From Hemiscyllium ocellatum (lineage: Eukaryota): a stretch of DNA of 64,000 nt. The translations under genes and the position numbers were made by a program. The stretch spans positions 20,594,098-20,658,097 of the forward strand of contig NC_083409.1 in NCBI RefSeq assembly GCF_020745735.1, read 5' to 3'. Of this stretch, positions 1-13,270 are shown one piece after another. Within the stretch, counting starts at the first letter, position 1; each line of letters opens with the position of its first letter. The notes beneath the pieces were generated by a model. The model saw nothing but the letters and a program-made list of their open reading frames with translations. It was not told where the DNA came from and searched no databases.

Positions 1-254
1 GTAAATGAAAAATCTACAGATGAGTTTGTGTTGGCAAGTGAGAGGTTGGATCAAGATAGGATATTTCTTGATTGTGAAAATCAAGAGACAGTGGAGTTCG
101 AAGAAACTTGATGGGGGTGATCCAGCTGTATGTAGTTCATGAAAATGTCACAAACAGGCTCAAAAAAGTGAACAAGGATCAGTGGAATGTTGACATTTAT
201 ATCCAAAGAAGTTGCAAAAGCAAAGGATTAGAAGTCATGCTTCAGCAATTCAAA

Positions 255-441
255 GCTGAAAATGTGTTGCTGGAAAAGCGCAGCAGGTCAGGCAGCGTGC
301 AAGGAACAGGAAATTCGATGTTTCAGGCATAAGCCCTTCATCAGAATTTCCTGTTCCTTGGATGCTGCCTGACCTGCTGCGCTTTTCCAGCAACACATAT
401 TCAGCTCTGATCTCCAGCATCTGCAGACCTCACTTTCTCCT
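255..441. mobile_element. Penelope-like hairpin element with hammerhead core; 15-bp TSD
   Basis: Inverted arms 255-315/345-405; - strand CTGATGA-A-GGGC-TTAT-GCCT-GAAAC-ATC; TSD CTTCAGCAATTCAAA at 240-254 and 442-456; inserted in an old CR1. Confidence 0.8.
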
Positions 442-1248
442 CTTCAGCAATTCAAAACCGAATCAGACCAATCCGTCAGGGCTGGGCACCATGGCTTAAG
501 AAGAGTATCACTCTTAGTGGAAGTGCAATGTAGACTTACTGAAGTGATACTTGGGCTCCGAGGCTTAATTTAAGAAGAGAGATTAAATAGATAACATGTT
601 AGAGTCAGAACATTGAGGTGTGATATTGTGGAACACTTTTACACACAGAAATGGATGAAGTTTGAAACTCCCTTCTACAAACCGTGATTGATTTGAAATC
701 AGTTACAAATTTTAAATCTGAGATTGGTAGATTTTTAACCAAAATGCTGAAGGATTGTGGGACAAAGACAGGGATTTGTCATGATGTTGAAGATTACCAT
801 GATTTGGGTGAATGGTAGAATAGGCTCAAGAAGCTAAGTAGCCACCTCCTGGCTAATGTTGATGTAACCATGACACCTTTATTCTCTGTATGTGCAACTC
901 CTATTCTGTTTTTGGTTATTTATCAGAACCTGGCAGCAAATTAGTAACTGGAGTCTTGACCAGAAAATTATCAGTATGAGGGACTTTGCAAGTCTTAATG
1001 TGTTTCACAGATGATGAAATGAGACAGCCAGCATTTACTCATCCTGATAAATATTGGGATAGTTTGATGGGATCACTTGTGATGCAGCATGATTGGCATA
1101 TCTGATGATGCTCCAACTACTTTTAATTGTTGTTGTTGTCTGCACTCAGTCCTGAGGTTTTGTGGATTGCAGGACAAGTTTTGCTTGGGTCAGGGGAAGC
1201 AGATCACCTCACTCTGTACTGTTTGTCCTCCTGTCTTTCACTGTTCAG

Positions 1249-1436
1249 CATGATTTGAGCATGTCCTTCTCTGGAGGTCAAGACAGTTTCTGTAAATTCA
1301 CCATGGAGATGGTGCGACAATACGTGGAGGAGGAGGAGACGCGTGCACAGCACCAGGTGTCCCTCCTCAAACTGAGAGAACAAGCCATGCAGGAAAAGAC
1401 CAAAGCAGAGCTGGCCTGGTTGGAACACCAGAAAAA
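1249..1436 (+). CDS. CEP350/CCDC187-like exon (HDLSMSFSGGQDSFCKFTMEMVRQY...AELAWLEHQK)
   Basis: ttcag acceptor, gtgagt donor (phase 2); matches CEP350 FSGGQDSFSKFTMEMVRQY...AELAWLEHQKK. Confidence 0.93.
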
Positions 1437-1689
1437 GTGAGTAGCTGACCTATGCAGTGATGGTAAGCTGAATAGCCTTTCAAAAATGCAATGTAAGAAT
1501 GTGCAGATCCTTCCAGTAATCCTTTCCGGAGAAGGGGGAAAGCTAGTGTCTACTCTCATTGCAGTGAGGCTGTTGTGCAGAAGCTAGGTATTCACGTCAT
1601 CTTTCCCCTTATCACTGTTTGAATTGAGTAGAATGAAGCCAATTTTGATTTTTGTTTCAAATTTTTAAGTTTGTTCTTTGAACTTGGGA

Positions 1690-2480
1690 TGTTTGCGGTA
1701 ATGCTGGTATTTATTTGCTATCCCTCATTCTCGGAATGGTCATGGTGTTGAGCTGCCTTGAGCCACTGCAGTCTGCTTAGTCAATATAAATGTATCAACT
1801 CGCAAGTGCTGTTAGGTTTGGAGTTCAAGGCTCTGGAATAGATTGTTCCAAGACTGTTGTCCTCACCCACAGGTCAGGATTTTAAACAAATAATTTCATT
1901 AGACTTCTTCGCTGCTGTTAAGGCCAGTATTGTTGTCCATCCTTCATTGCACTTGGGAAGGTGATAGTGAGCCATTTCCTCAAACATCTGCAGTTCACCT
2001 GCTACAGGTACAACCACGATGCTGACAGGAAAGGAGTACCTGGGATTTTGATCCTATAGCAGTGAAGGAATGATGTATTCCTAAGTCAGGATGGTGTGTG
2101 GCTTGCAGAGGAGCTTACAAGTAATGGTGTTACCATGTTATCTACTACCTGTGTCCTTTTAGATGGTAGAGGTCACAGGCTTTGAAGATGCTATTGAAGG
2201 AATTGAGTGAGTTTCTGCAGTGCATCATATGGTGCACAAAGCTCTCACTGTAGCGAGTTGCTACATCCTATTTGGTGTTATGCATCTTGGGCATGTATTG
2301 GGGAGACAGAAAGTAAGTTACTTAGTGAAGAATTTTCAGCTTCTGACCTGGTTTTGTTGACCCAGTAGTGTATAGCTGATCCACTTCAGTTTCAGGTTGA
2401 GGGTAACTCTAATATGATAATTGTGAGGAAAGCAGTGATGATAATACCACTTCATATCAAAACGATTGCAAGAGATGGTC
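1690..2480 (-). mobile_element. L2/CR1-superclade LINE 3' fragments, old
   Basis: Same family as 19440 copy. Confidence 0.6.
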
Positions 2481-2795
2481 AATGGTTGGTCAGTATGGTG
2501 TGCATGCATCCATGCTTCCGTAATACTGTAGTCACGTATGCCATACTAGTTGTGGGCAAAAGATTTCTTTCAAAGTCCGTCCGTGAATTATTTGGGTTTT
2601 TCCGGCTGCTCAACATCTTTGTGGACAATTTTACTGACACCAACCTTTTATTTCCAGATTTTCTTTCAAAATATCCTTTTTAATTTTGTGAGCATAAACA
2701 CTGTCTTGTTGAAATAAAATTTCTTCAAATTGAGTATGACAAGCATGGAAGGGCATTACAGTTATAAAATATTAAGAAGACTTTGCTGTTTAACT

Positions 2796-3091
2796 GGCAC
2801 GGTGGCACAGTGGTTAGCATTGCTGCCTCACAGCGCCAGGGACCTGGGTTCAATTCCCGCCTCAGGCGACTGACTGTGTGGAGTTTGCACGTTCTCCCCG
2901 TGTCTGCGTGGGTTTCCTCCGGTGCTCCGGTTTCCTCCCACAGTCCAAAAATGTGCGGGTCAGGTGAATTGGCTATGCTAAATTGCCCGTAGTGTTAGGT
3001 AAGGGGTATGGGTGGGTTGCGCTTCGGCGGGTCGGTGTGGACTTGTTGGGCCGAAGGGCCTGTTTCCACACTGTAAGTAATCTAAAAAAAA
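2796..3091 (+). mobile_element. HE1-type tRNA-derived V-SINE, young
   Basis: GGCACGGTGGCACAGTGGTTAGC...GGTTCAATTCCC A/B boxes, V-domain, CR1-like tail. Confidence 0.9.
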
Positions 3092-3299
3092 TCTTAAACC
3101 CTGATCATTCTCTTTCTGGTTTAGTTGCTAATTCAGCAGTGGTGACACTGTGTGATCTACTTGGGCAGATTTACCCAAGTTTGTCTGTAAATTCCAGTAT
3201 CATTATACCATGTGGAGCGAACTGTGGTTTACTAAAGAAGTTGAATCTCTTGTCAAGAGGATGAAGAAAACTTATGTTAGGATAAGATGTGAAGCTCAG

Positions 3300-5185
3300 T
3301 CAGAGTGCTTGAGAGTTACGGGTTAGCCAGGAAAGACCAAAAGAGAGAGCTAAAAAGGGACATGAGAAATCACTGACAGATAGGATCAAGGAAAACCATC
3401 AAGTTTTCTATAAGTATATCAGGAAGAAAAGAATGATAAGAAAGTTTAGGGCCAATCAAGGATAGTTGTGGGATGTTGGACATGGAATCCGAGGAGATGG
3501 GGAAGCACTTAAAGAATATTTTTTGTCCATTTTTACACTGGAAAAAGACAGTGTTGTTAAGGAGAATACTGCGATGCAGGCTATTAGACTAGATGGGATT
3601 GAGGTTAACGAGGAGGTGTTAGCAATTTGAGAAAGTGTGAAAATAGATAAGTCCCCTGGGCCAGATGGGATTAATCCGAGGATTTTCTGAGAAGCCAGGG
3701 AGGAGATTGCAGAACCTTGACCTTTGATCTATATGTCGTCATTGTCTACAGGAACAGTGCTAGAAGACTAGAGGATAACAAATGTTGTCCCCTTGTTTGA
3801 GAAGGGGAGTAAAAACAACCCTGGTATTATAGACGAGTGAGCCTCATTCGGTTCTGCGTAAGATGTTGGAAAAGGTTATAAGAGGTAGGATTTATAATCA
3901 TCAAGAAGGGAATATGTTGATTAGGGATAGTCAACACAGTTTTGTGAAGGGTAGGTCGTGTCTCACAAACCCTATTGAGTTCTTTTGAGAAAGTGACCAA
4001 ACAGATGGATGAGGGTAAAGCAGTTGATGTGGTGTATATGGATTTCAGTAAGGCATTTGATAAATTTCCCACTGTAGGCTATTGCACAAAATACAGAGGC
4101 ATGGGAGTGAGGATGATTTAACTGTTTGGATCAGAAATTGGCTCGCTGAAAGAAGACAGAGTGTAGTAGCTAATGAGAAATGTTTATCCTGGAGTTCAAT
4201 AACGGGTGATGTAACGCAAGGATCTATTTTGGGTGCACTGCTGTTTGTCATTTTTGACTCAGATGAGGACATAGAATGATGGGTGAGTAAATTTGCAGAT
4301 GACAAGAAGGTCAGTGGAGTTGTGTATAATGCTGAAGGGTGTTGCAGGTTACAGAGGGACACAGATAAGCTGCAGAGCTGGGCTGAGAAGTGGCAAATGG
4401 AGTTTAATGCAGAAAAGTATGAGGTGATTCAGTTAGGAAGAAGCAACAAGAATAAGGAATACTGGGCTAACGGTAAGATTCTTGGTAGTGTAGATGAGCA
4501 GAGAGGTCTCGGTGTCCATGTATAGGTCCTTGAAAGTTGCCACCCAGCTTGATAGCATTGTTCCAAAGGCATAGGGTGTATTAGCTTTTATTGGTAGAGG
4601 GATTGAGTTTCAGAGCCACAAGGACATGTTGCAGCTGTACAAAACTCTGGTGTGGCCATACTTGGAGTATAGTGTACAGTTCTAGTCACTGCATTATAGA
4701 AAGGATGTGGAAGCTTTAGAAAGGGTTCAGAAGAGATTTACAAGGATGTTACCTGGTATGGAGGGAAGGTCTTATGAGGAAAGGCTGAGGGACTGACGGC
4801 TGTTTTCATTAGAAAGAAGAAGATAGAGAGGTGATTTAATTGTGACATATAAGATAATCAGAGGGTTAGATAGGGTGGACAGAGAGAGCCTTTTTTCCCA
4901 AATGGCGATGGCTAGCACAACGGGACATAGCTTTAAATTGCAGGAGGATGTACAGATGTCAGAGGTAATTTCTTTAGTCAGAGTGGTAGTGGTGTGGAAC
5001 ACACTGCCTGCAACAGTAGTGGACTCATCAACTTTCAGGGATTTTACATGCTCATTGGATAAACATATGGATGAAAATGGAATAGTGTAGGATAGATGGG
5101 GTTCAAATTGGTTCTACAGGTCAGTGCAACATTGATGGCCAAAGTGCCTGTAGTGTGCTGTAATGCTCTACGTTCTATGTTCATG
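3300..5185 (+). mobile_element. CR1-type LINE, 5'-truncated, decayed RT
   Basis: AVDVVYMDFSKAFDK, SKFADD, QMEFNAEK motifs; ttctatgt tail. Confidence 0.9.
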
Positions 5186-5210
5186 TGACTTTGCCATGTC
5201 CTCTAACCAG

Positions 5211-5298
5211 ATGCCTTCGAGACAATGGAGAAGATGACAAGATGCCGTCCATCCGTAAGAGGCAGCGTGGGCTTCTGCTCAGGCTGCAGCAGGAGCAG
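5211..5298 (+). CDS. CEP350/CCDC187-like exon (CLRDNGEDDKMPSIRKRQRGLLLRLQQEQ)
   Basis: aaccag acceptor, gtatga donor; phase fits previous exon; matches CEP350 LRDKGEDDKMPPLRKKQRGLLLRLQQEK. Confidence 0.93.
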
Positions 5299-6374
5299 GT
5301 ATGACCCACTGAATGCCAGGGAAAATGTTCATACTTCATGAATGAGCATGTTTCCCCAAAGTTCCGATTTGATTTCAAACCTTTTTTTAATGGTGATCCA
5401 GGTTTTCCTTGAAATGCCAATAACAAATGCTACTGAATGTAATGTATATGCTTGGCCTAGGGACAGATTTCCATGCCATGGTGTTTCTGAATGCAGTTTT
5501 TCTACTGGCAATGCCCATGGCAGCACCCTGGGGCTGAAACATCTGGAGTGTTCTTCGGCCAGTAATTAATCTGCATTGTCTCTCCAGGCCAGCAGACATC
5601 TATCTTTGTTCTCCCCTTTTTTTTTGTTTTAAAACAAGTTGCTTTTCAAAGTTCAATTCTCAACTTCAGCTCACAGTTCCAAACCAAAACTGAGAAAAAT
5701 ATAGTGATGGTCTCAACAAGTTGCGGATTTTTGTTGGCGTAGATGTTGCCAATCACGCAGTGTCAGGCAGTATCACGCAGACTTGGAATGTTACGTTATT
5801 TGCTGTTAGACTCACTATAGATTTGCCAGATTCTGTACTCACTCAACCCAGGCACACTTTCCAACTTGCCCAGCAGCAAGAGCTAATACGCAATTCTCGT
5901 GAGTGGAAATCTGCCTATTCATCATCTTTCTCTTCTGCAAAGTACTTGGCAGCTGAGGACAGTTTTTCAGGTTTGGGAACTCAGGTTAACTCACCACAGG
6001 CCAGGAAGCAACCTCCTGAAATAAAATCAGAAATGCTCACTCAAAGTTAGGCATCAGCTGTTGAAAAAGAACGTGAGTAACTCTTTCATGATAATTTTCC
6101 ACCTGGAGTACTTGACTGTTTGAGTTTGTGTTGACAATACATTTTGTCGAAAAAAAACCCACAAGGTTTTCAACAAGATCAAGCATTATAAGTTGTAAAA
6201 GTTGCACAGTGCCACCTGGAAACTGTGCAACTTAGAACTTAATGGGTTATGGAGTTGTGTGCCCTGACTTCATTTTTGTCTGTAGTTTGTCGTCAAAATA
6301 AATTTATTGACGACGTAAAGACGGGTTTGGTTGGTCTCTAACATGGTAATACATTGTATACAATTTCATCACAG

Positions 6375-6521
6375 GCTGAAATCAGGCATCTTCAAAGAGC
6401 CAACAAAGCTGCTCACAGGGAGAGGCAGCTGATCCTGAAACAGCAGGAGGAGATTCAACACATGCTCCAGTCCACCATGGAAATTCAGGAGAGGCTCAAA
6501 TCAGTTGGGGAGAGCAAGTTG
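6375..6521 (+). CDS. CEP350/CCDC187-like exon (AEIRHLQRANKAAHRERQLILKQQEEI...GESKL)
   Basis: cacag acceptor, gttagt donor, 147 bp phase 0-0; matches CEP350 AEIKRLQEANKAARKERQLILKQQEEI. Confidence 0.93.
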
Positions 6522-7364
6522 GTTAGTATCCCACCATTTGCAAACATCTGAACTGATCAATTCAAGGTTACTATTAAAGTAAGGAATTACTTACTCTGCA
6601 GCATGAATGATGGGTGATCAATTTCAATCCAAACTTGCTATCAGCCAGGTTTCTGGTCTATATTATCATTACAATATAAATAAAACTTTTAATATTTTAC
6701 AGAAAAGATGTAAGAATGGTTTGTCTGCCACTGAGAAACATCAACTTAAGCCTCGGTACCTTTATTAAGTTGATAACATGTTCACTTGTTCCCTTATGTA
6801 GAGACCAAAACTCTGCAACCTAAAATACCAGGAATACCTGCTGCTGCCGAGAATACCATCCTTTGTATTCATCGATATCGTGTTTTGTTCTGCATTCTGT
6901 AGAAGTGACAGCACAAGAAATGGAGCTTTCAGCCCAATGTATCTGTGCTTCTGTTCTTTCGCTCCCTGCAATCTGGCTCCGACCTGTTATCAGCATATCC
7001 TACAAAGGGGTCAAAACATTTTTGCACTTGATCATGTGCATAGGAATGGGACTAGGTTGTTGAGCCACTCATCTGTTTGCACTTGCTTCTATTATAATTG
7101 ATCTACATCTCCCTCCCTTAATCTGTTTCCCTGAATAAACATTCCCAACAAACAAAAAAAATCAAACTCACTTTTAAAATGTTCAATTAATTCAAAGCTC
7201 AATTAATTCAAAGCTAATGAAACACTCTGCCTCCTGAAAGGAAATGATGTTGCTTAGTTGCAGAAACCTGTCTTTGAATCTCATCTGTGTTTCACTAATT
7301 CTGGAGCTGTTTCCATTTAGGAGCAAACGTAACTTTCCATGCGCCCATCTTGGTATATTCTCAG

Positions 7365-7552
7365 GTTCCAACTCGACAGGAGCAGCGGAATGCAGAACAA
7401 CCAGAAGTGCAGAATGTTTCCAAAGTGAGCCCCACTTCCACTCTCCTGGAAACAGATACGGAGACGTGGAGTCCCTCCTCTGTTTCGAATTCAGGCAGCG
7501 AGACCAGCAACATCATGCAAAAACAGAAGATGCGCAGTCATGTGGATGAAAA
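7365..7552 (+). CDS. CEP350/CCDC187-like exon (VPTRQEQ...GSETSNIMQKQKMRSHVDEK)
   Basis: tctcag acceptor, gtaata donor (phase 2); C-terminal part matches CEP350 SSETSSIMQKLKKMRSRMDEK. Confidence 0.9.
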
Positions 7553-8106
7553 GTAATATCTCTTATGGCTTCTTATAAGGCATATTGCTGTGAAAGACTG
7601 GCAAGCCAACCAGCTCATTTGTCAGCTGGTGATGTTATGGAGAGGATGAGAAAGAGAGAGACCGAGTGGCTCTGAGCAGAGATAAATATAGGAAGTCCAT
7701 TTCACTGTGCTTTTCAAAGGCAGTGTGTTTGCTGCAAATGGTGTTTCTAATGATCCCACCTGAGGTGTTGTCATGTTTGACCCTGCGAGTGGGGCAGCAA
7801 AACATCAATATGGCCTCACTGCTACTGCTCTCCAAGTAGGGGAGCTTTTTTCTTACCCTCATCTTTTTTATTTACACCCATTGCCCTGGAGTAACCGTCT
7901 CAGAATGGGATTGCACTGTGAAAATTTTCACTCGTGCAAAGCTTGCTTTGCCTTTCAGTGGAGTGTGTTAGGAAACTGGAGGTACATGCAAATGTTGCAG
8001 GAATTCTTTTTCCTGGTGGAATTATCAGCTTGACATCATTGTGTTAGCTTTTTTATCCTATGAAGACAATTGTGTACACTACAGAGGATATAAACAGGTC
8101 TTATTA

Positions 8107-8441
8107 GGGCAGCACCATGGCTCAATTGCAAGCACTGCTGCCTCACAGTGCCAGGAACCCGGGTTCGATTCTACCTTCAGGTGACTGTGTGGAGTTTGCA
8201 CATTCTCCCAATGTCTGCATGGGTTTCCTCCCGCTGTCCACAAATATGCAGGTTAGGTGGATTGGCCATGCTAAATTGCCCATAGTGCCGAGCGATATGC
8301 AGGCGAGGTGAATTAGCCATGGGAAATGCAAAGTTACACTGATAGCTTAGGGGAGTGAGTTTGGGTGGGTTGCTGTGCGAGGGGTTATTATGGACTCAAT
8401 GGGCTGAATGGCCTGTTTCCACACTGAGGGATTCTATGATT
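8107..8441 (+). mobile_element. HE1-type SINE, older
   Basis: Diverged copy of the same consensus. Confidence 0.85.
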
Positions 8442-8959
8442 TGTTCCAATCACTTCACATCAGTGTTACTGCTCCACTTGAGAATCCTGTCACCCTTGCT
8501 CATCTATTACACTGACCCTCTATTCCTTTCTCCCTCTAATCTTGTCTATCCTCCCCTTAAACACCCGTATCATATTTGATTCAACTGCTCCCTGTTCAGT
8601 CTTCATTGGTGTAATCCAATTCTGCAGATCTTCCATATCTCCCTGATGGATTTCTTGGTGACTACTTTGTGACCTCAAGGTAGCTCTTCCCTGTGAAAGG
8701 AAACATTCTGTCTGTATCCAGTCTGCTGAACCCTGTCAACATTTTAAAGACCTCTATTATGTCCCAGTTTGGACTTCTTTCAGAGAAAAGAGACATAGCC
8801 TGTCAACCCTTTCCTGAGATGTGAACCCACACATTCCTGTGACCAACCTTGTCAATCTTGTCTGTGTACCCACTTCAGTTTCTCCTTTTTCTATTTATAG
8901 TATGATGATCAGCCTGCACACAGTATCCAAGTGTGGTTTCAGCAAGGTTTGATTCAGGT

Positions 8960-9600
8960 TTAGCATATTTAATAAATAATTAGATAGGGATGATGTGCTA
9001 AACTACTGGTGTTTTTTTCTGATCTAATTGATTTAAATATATGTGAGGTACTGCATTTTGGTAAGGCAAATCAGGGCAGGACTTAATGGGAAGGTCCTGG
9101 GCAGTGTTGCTGAACAAAGAGACCTTGGGGTGCAGGTTCCTAGTTCCTTGAAGACGGAGTTTCAGTCAGACAGGGTCGTGAAGAAACCGTTTGGTGTGCT
9201 TGCATTTATTGGTCAGTGCATTGATTATAAGAGTTGGGATGTCATGTTATGGTTGTACAGGACGTTGGTGAGGCCACTTTTGGAATAATGCATTCAGTGC
9301 TGGTGTGTTGTCAAACTTGAAAGGATTCAGTAAAGGTTTACAAGGATGTTGCGAGGGTTGAAGGTTTGAGCTATAGGGAGAGGCTGAAGGGTAACCTTAA
9401 AGGTTTATAAAATCATGAGGGGCATGGATAGGGTAAATAGCTATGATCTTTTTTTTCCAGGATAGCGGAGTCAAAAACTAGAGACCATAGAGAAGAAAGG
9501 AAAAATTTAAAAGTTACCTCAGGGGCAACGTTTTCACACAAGTATGGAATGAGCTGCCAGAGTTGGTGGTGAAGGCAGCAATAATTACAACATTAAACAA
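8960..9600 (+). mobile_element. CR1-type LINE 3' fragment
   Basis: GKVLGSVAEQRDLGVQV, YRTLVRPLLE. Confidence 0.85.
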
Positions 9601-10725
9601 ACATCAGATGGGTTTGTAATCTGTGGTTGGACTGTTAGGAAGGCAGTGCTTGAGATTCTCCCACTATCTAAGTCAGAAAGAGAAATGGAGCTGGGGTTGG
9701 TTTTGATGAGCTCTGTTGCCATTTGAAGTTAATGAATCCGAGCAGAAGGGGTTGTGTTGATGTAGAGGTGTAGAGAAGTTGGTTACAAATGTTTTGATTG
9801 AATATTTGTAATTTCTCCTTCATAATGTGAGGTTTTCTTGAGTATCTAAAGATAAAGCAATTTTGGGGAGATACTCAGCTGTTTTGTTTTTCTTGTTTTG
9901 CTCCATTATTTTGTAAACATCGCTCTCCTGACACTACTTCTTCTCTGGCTTTACGTCTCATCACTGGGCTTCTCTCAGTGTCTGTTTTTCCATCCTACAT
10001 CCCAAATTCCAGATGTACATCTACAACCAGCTGGTCAGGTACTGTGCATCCTCTGCTTCTCACTGATCGAGCATTCTCTGTTTCATCACATGCATGTGGA
10101 TGATGTGGGGGGAGGGTCAAGGGGAACGCAATTTTATAGAGAAATGTACATTCCTTTGACTTAGTTTTGGCTTCAAATAGATGCAGCAAGCTGGTAGTTG
10201 GCAATATACTGCAGACTTTATAATTAATCTGGAACGTGGTTTTATAGGGGCATTACTGTGAAAGCAAGAAGTTGAAGTTACACAAACAATCTTGAGCTGC
10301 TCATGCTAACAGGGTACAATAAAGATTGACCTGTTTTACGTTGAGTTGGACTTTTGCAAATTGTCTGGCAGAGTTAGCAGCCCACTAACCTTGATAAATG
10401 TAACTTTAAGAAATCTGAAATTTGAGTTGCAAGGTTGAATTTTCATAAGGCAGTGCTTCTTTAAGAGGGCAAATGTGTCTTTGGTGAACATTTGAGGTAT
10501 TCTTATGGATATGAAAACTTAATTGGTATGTAACCGTCACAGTAGACATGAGTATCTCCAACTACATGCAGCTACATGTTGGCTGTACTACATTCCTGAA
10601 TGAAATTCACCCAAAATTAGTGAAATAATTGAAAAGTATTGCAGAATTAGAAGTGTAAATTATGTTTGTTGTGTGAATGTTGTAATATTGGAAAGCTAAT
10701 AGTAACTAGCACATTCTCCCAAGTT

Positions 10726-11017
10726 GGGCAGCACGGTGGCACAGTGGTTAGCACTGCTGCCTCACAGCGCCAGGGACCTGGGTTCAATTCCCGCCTCAGG
10801 TGACTGTGTGGAGTTTGCACATTCTCCCCGTGTCTGCGTGGGTTTCCTCCGGGTGCTCCGGTTTCCTCCCACATCCAAAGATGTGCGGGTCAGGTGAATT
10901 GACCATGCTAAATTGCCCGTAGTGTTAAGTTAGGGGTATGGGTGGGTTGCGCTTTGGCGGGTCGGTGTGGACTGTTGGGCCGAAGGGCCTGTTTCCACAC
11001 TGTAAGTAATCTAATCT
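10726..11017 (+). mobile_element. HE1-type SINE, young
   Basis: Near-identical to 2796 copy. Confidence 0.9.
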
Positions 11018-11072
11018 GAATTAACTACCACTGGAACTTTGTAATAATTATGCTAGTGTAAAGCTTTAAAGA

Positions 11073-11276
11073 TGAAAATGTGTTGCTGGTCAAAGCACAG
11101 CAGGCCAGGCAGCATCTCAGGAATAGAGAATTCGACGTTTCGAGCATAAGCCCTTCATCAGGATTCCTCGAAATGTCGAATTCTCTATTCCTGAGATGCT
11201 GCCTGGCCTGCTGTGCTTTGACCAGCAACACATTTTCAGCTGTGATCGCCAGCATCTGCAGACCTCATTTTTTACT
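11073..11276. mobile_element. Penelope-like hairpin element with intact hammerhead core; 12-14-bp TSD
   Basis: 72-bp arms 11073-11144/11167-11238 with one mismatch; - strand CTGATGA-A-GGGC-TTAT-GCTC-GAAAC-GTC; TAAAGCTTTAAAGA at 11059-11072 and 11277-11290. Confidence 0.82.
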
Positions 11277-11399
11277 TAAAGCTTTAAAGAGGCTGTAACA
11301 AATAATTAGCTTTTTCTTTTGTGATCCAGATAAGCAATTAACATGTTTTAGAAGTAATTGTATATTTTTCCTGTTTGTAACATGATAAGCAAGATAATA

Positions 11400-12450
11400 A
11401 TAAGCCCCTTGAGCCTGCTCTGTCATTCAGTCTGATCATGACTGATCATCCAACTCCAAACCCTGGTCTCACTTTCTCCCCATACCATTTGATCTCTTTA
11501 CCCCTAACAACTATATCTAACCCTTGAAAATATTCAATGTTTTGTCCTGAAATACACTTTGTGGCAGAATATTTGTTGGTTCAACACTATCTGGATGAAG
11601 AAATTTCTCCTCATCTCAGTTCTGAATAGCCTAACCTATATCCTTTAGACTATGACCACTGGTTCTGGCCTACCCCACCATGAAGGCCAACATACCATTT
11701 GTCTTCACCACCTGCTGCACCTGCATGCTTACTCTCAGTGACTGGTGTACAAAGACACCCTTTGTTGTAACTCTCCCTTTCCTAATCTATTCAGATAATC
11801 TCGCTGTCTGTTTTTGCAACCAAAAATCTCACATTTATCAAAATTATCTTTCATCTGCCATGCATTTTCCTAATCACTCAACTTATGTAAATCACACTTG
11901 AAGCATCTCTGCATCCTCCTCACAGTTTACCTTCCACCCAGCTTTGTGTCACCCACAAACTTAGAAATAGTAATAGTTCCCTCATTTAAATCATTCGTAT
12001 ATATTGTGAATAACTGGGTTTGAACCATTGATCCCTGTAGTACCTCACTGGTCACTGGCTGCCACTCAGAAAATGGCCTGTTTATTCCAGCTCTTTGTTT
12101 CCTGTCTGCCAACTAGCGCTCTGTCCATGCAAATACACTCCCCCCGCCCCCGCCCCCCCCCCCCACCGCCCGATCTCTCACATTATATGCTAATTTCTTA
12201 TGTGGGACCTGATCAAAAGAATTCTGAATTCAAAGTAACACCCACGGGTTGCCCCTTATCAATTCTACTAGGTAGATCCTCAAACTTTCAGTAGATTTGC
12301 TAAGTATGATTCCCCTCTTTTAAATCCATGCCAACTCTGTCCAATCCTGTCACTGTTCAGTAAGAAACTTGACTGTACGCCAATATAGCTTGTAAATGTA
12401 TCTGCTCCCAGAATTTGGAAAGCGGGCACACTGCCCTCCAAAGAAAAATC
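11400..12450 (-). mobile_element. CR1-type LINE fragments
   Basis: WQPVTSEVLQGS...LFTIYTNDL...SKFVGDTKLGG. Confidence 0.8.
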
Positions 12451-13084
12451 TGCTGTCGCAGGCTTCACTCTTATCGCATACATTTATTGTCCAATTCTTT
12501 CATGTGATCATTGATTTTACAAACAATTTCTAAAATTCTTTAAATCCTGAAGAAATGTGATGCTAGCCCTTTGTAGAAGTGAATGGAAAGTGCGATGCTT
12601 GCTTGACCTTTGTCTCTATGGATCAGACCTAACCGAACCTTTAGCAAGGTGTGGGATGTGTCCCACAAACATTTTTTAAAAAGCAAAGATTATTCTCTGA
12701 GATTTAAGTGTTCAATTAGGTATGATCAAAAAACTTCGTAAAAATTGAGAGTTTGTTTTCAGCTCATTTAAAGAGACATGCTCTAGGCCGACAATTTTGT
12801 GACATGTGGTCATTCTTTGATAAAGGTGGCTGTGTCCAACACTACAGGATTTTGTGCAGAAGTGTCTCATTGGCTGGGTGAGCTTTATTACTGGTGTAAC
12901 TTGGCTCATTTTGGGATGGAATGCTACTTTGAATTAAATCGTGTTTTTAAACTGAGGTGACTTTCTGTAACTCAAGTGTGGAAACTACGTTCAAGTTTAC
13001 GCTTTTGTTTCACTTTTGCAGATGAGTATTTTTCCGATCTGTTTTATAAATAAAGTTCAATATTGAAAATGCCAGCAGCATCAC

Positions 13085-13270
13085 TGAACAGAAAAAGACA
13101 TTATATGTTTCAAGTCCAGTGACCTGTTGTCCGTTCAGACGAAGATTTAGTGAACTTAAAACATAACTTGTCTTTTTCTTCACAGATGCTGTCAGACCTG
13201 CTGAGTTTCTCCAGCACTTTGCTTCTTCGGTTCAGATGTTCAGCATCTGCAGTTCTTTGTTTTGTTACAA
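13085..13270. mobile_element. Degenerate related Penelope-like terminal fragment
   Basis: cagatgctgtcagacctgctgagtttctccagcac...cagcatctgcag shared with the other hairpin elements; core decayed; no clear TSD. Confidence 0.5.

Noticed and set aside
2796-2870. tRNA-like A/B-box heads
   Set aside because: They are SINE heads fused to V-domain and LINE tail, not tRNA genes.
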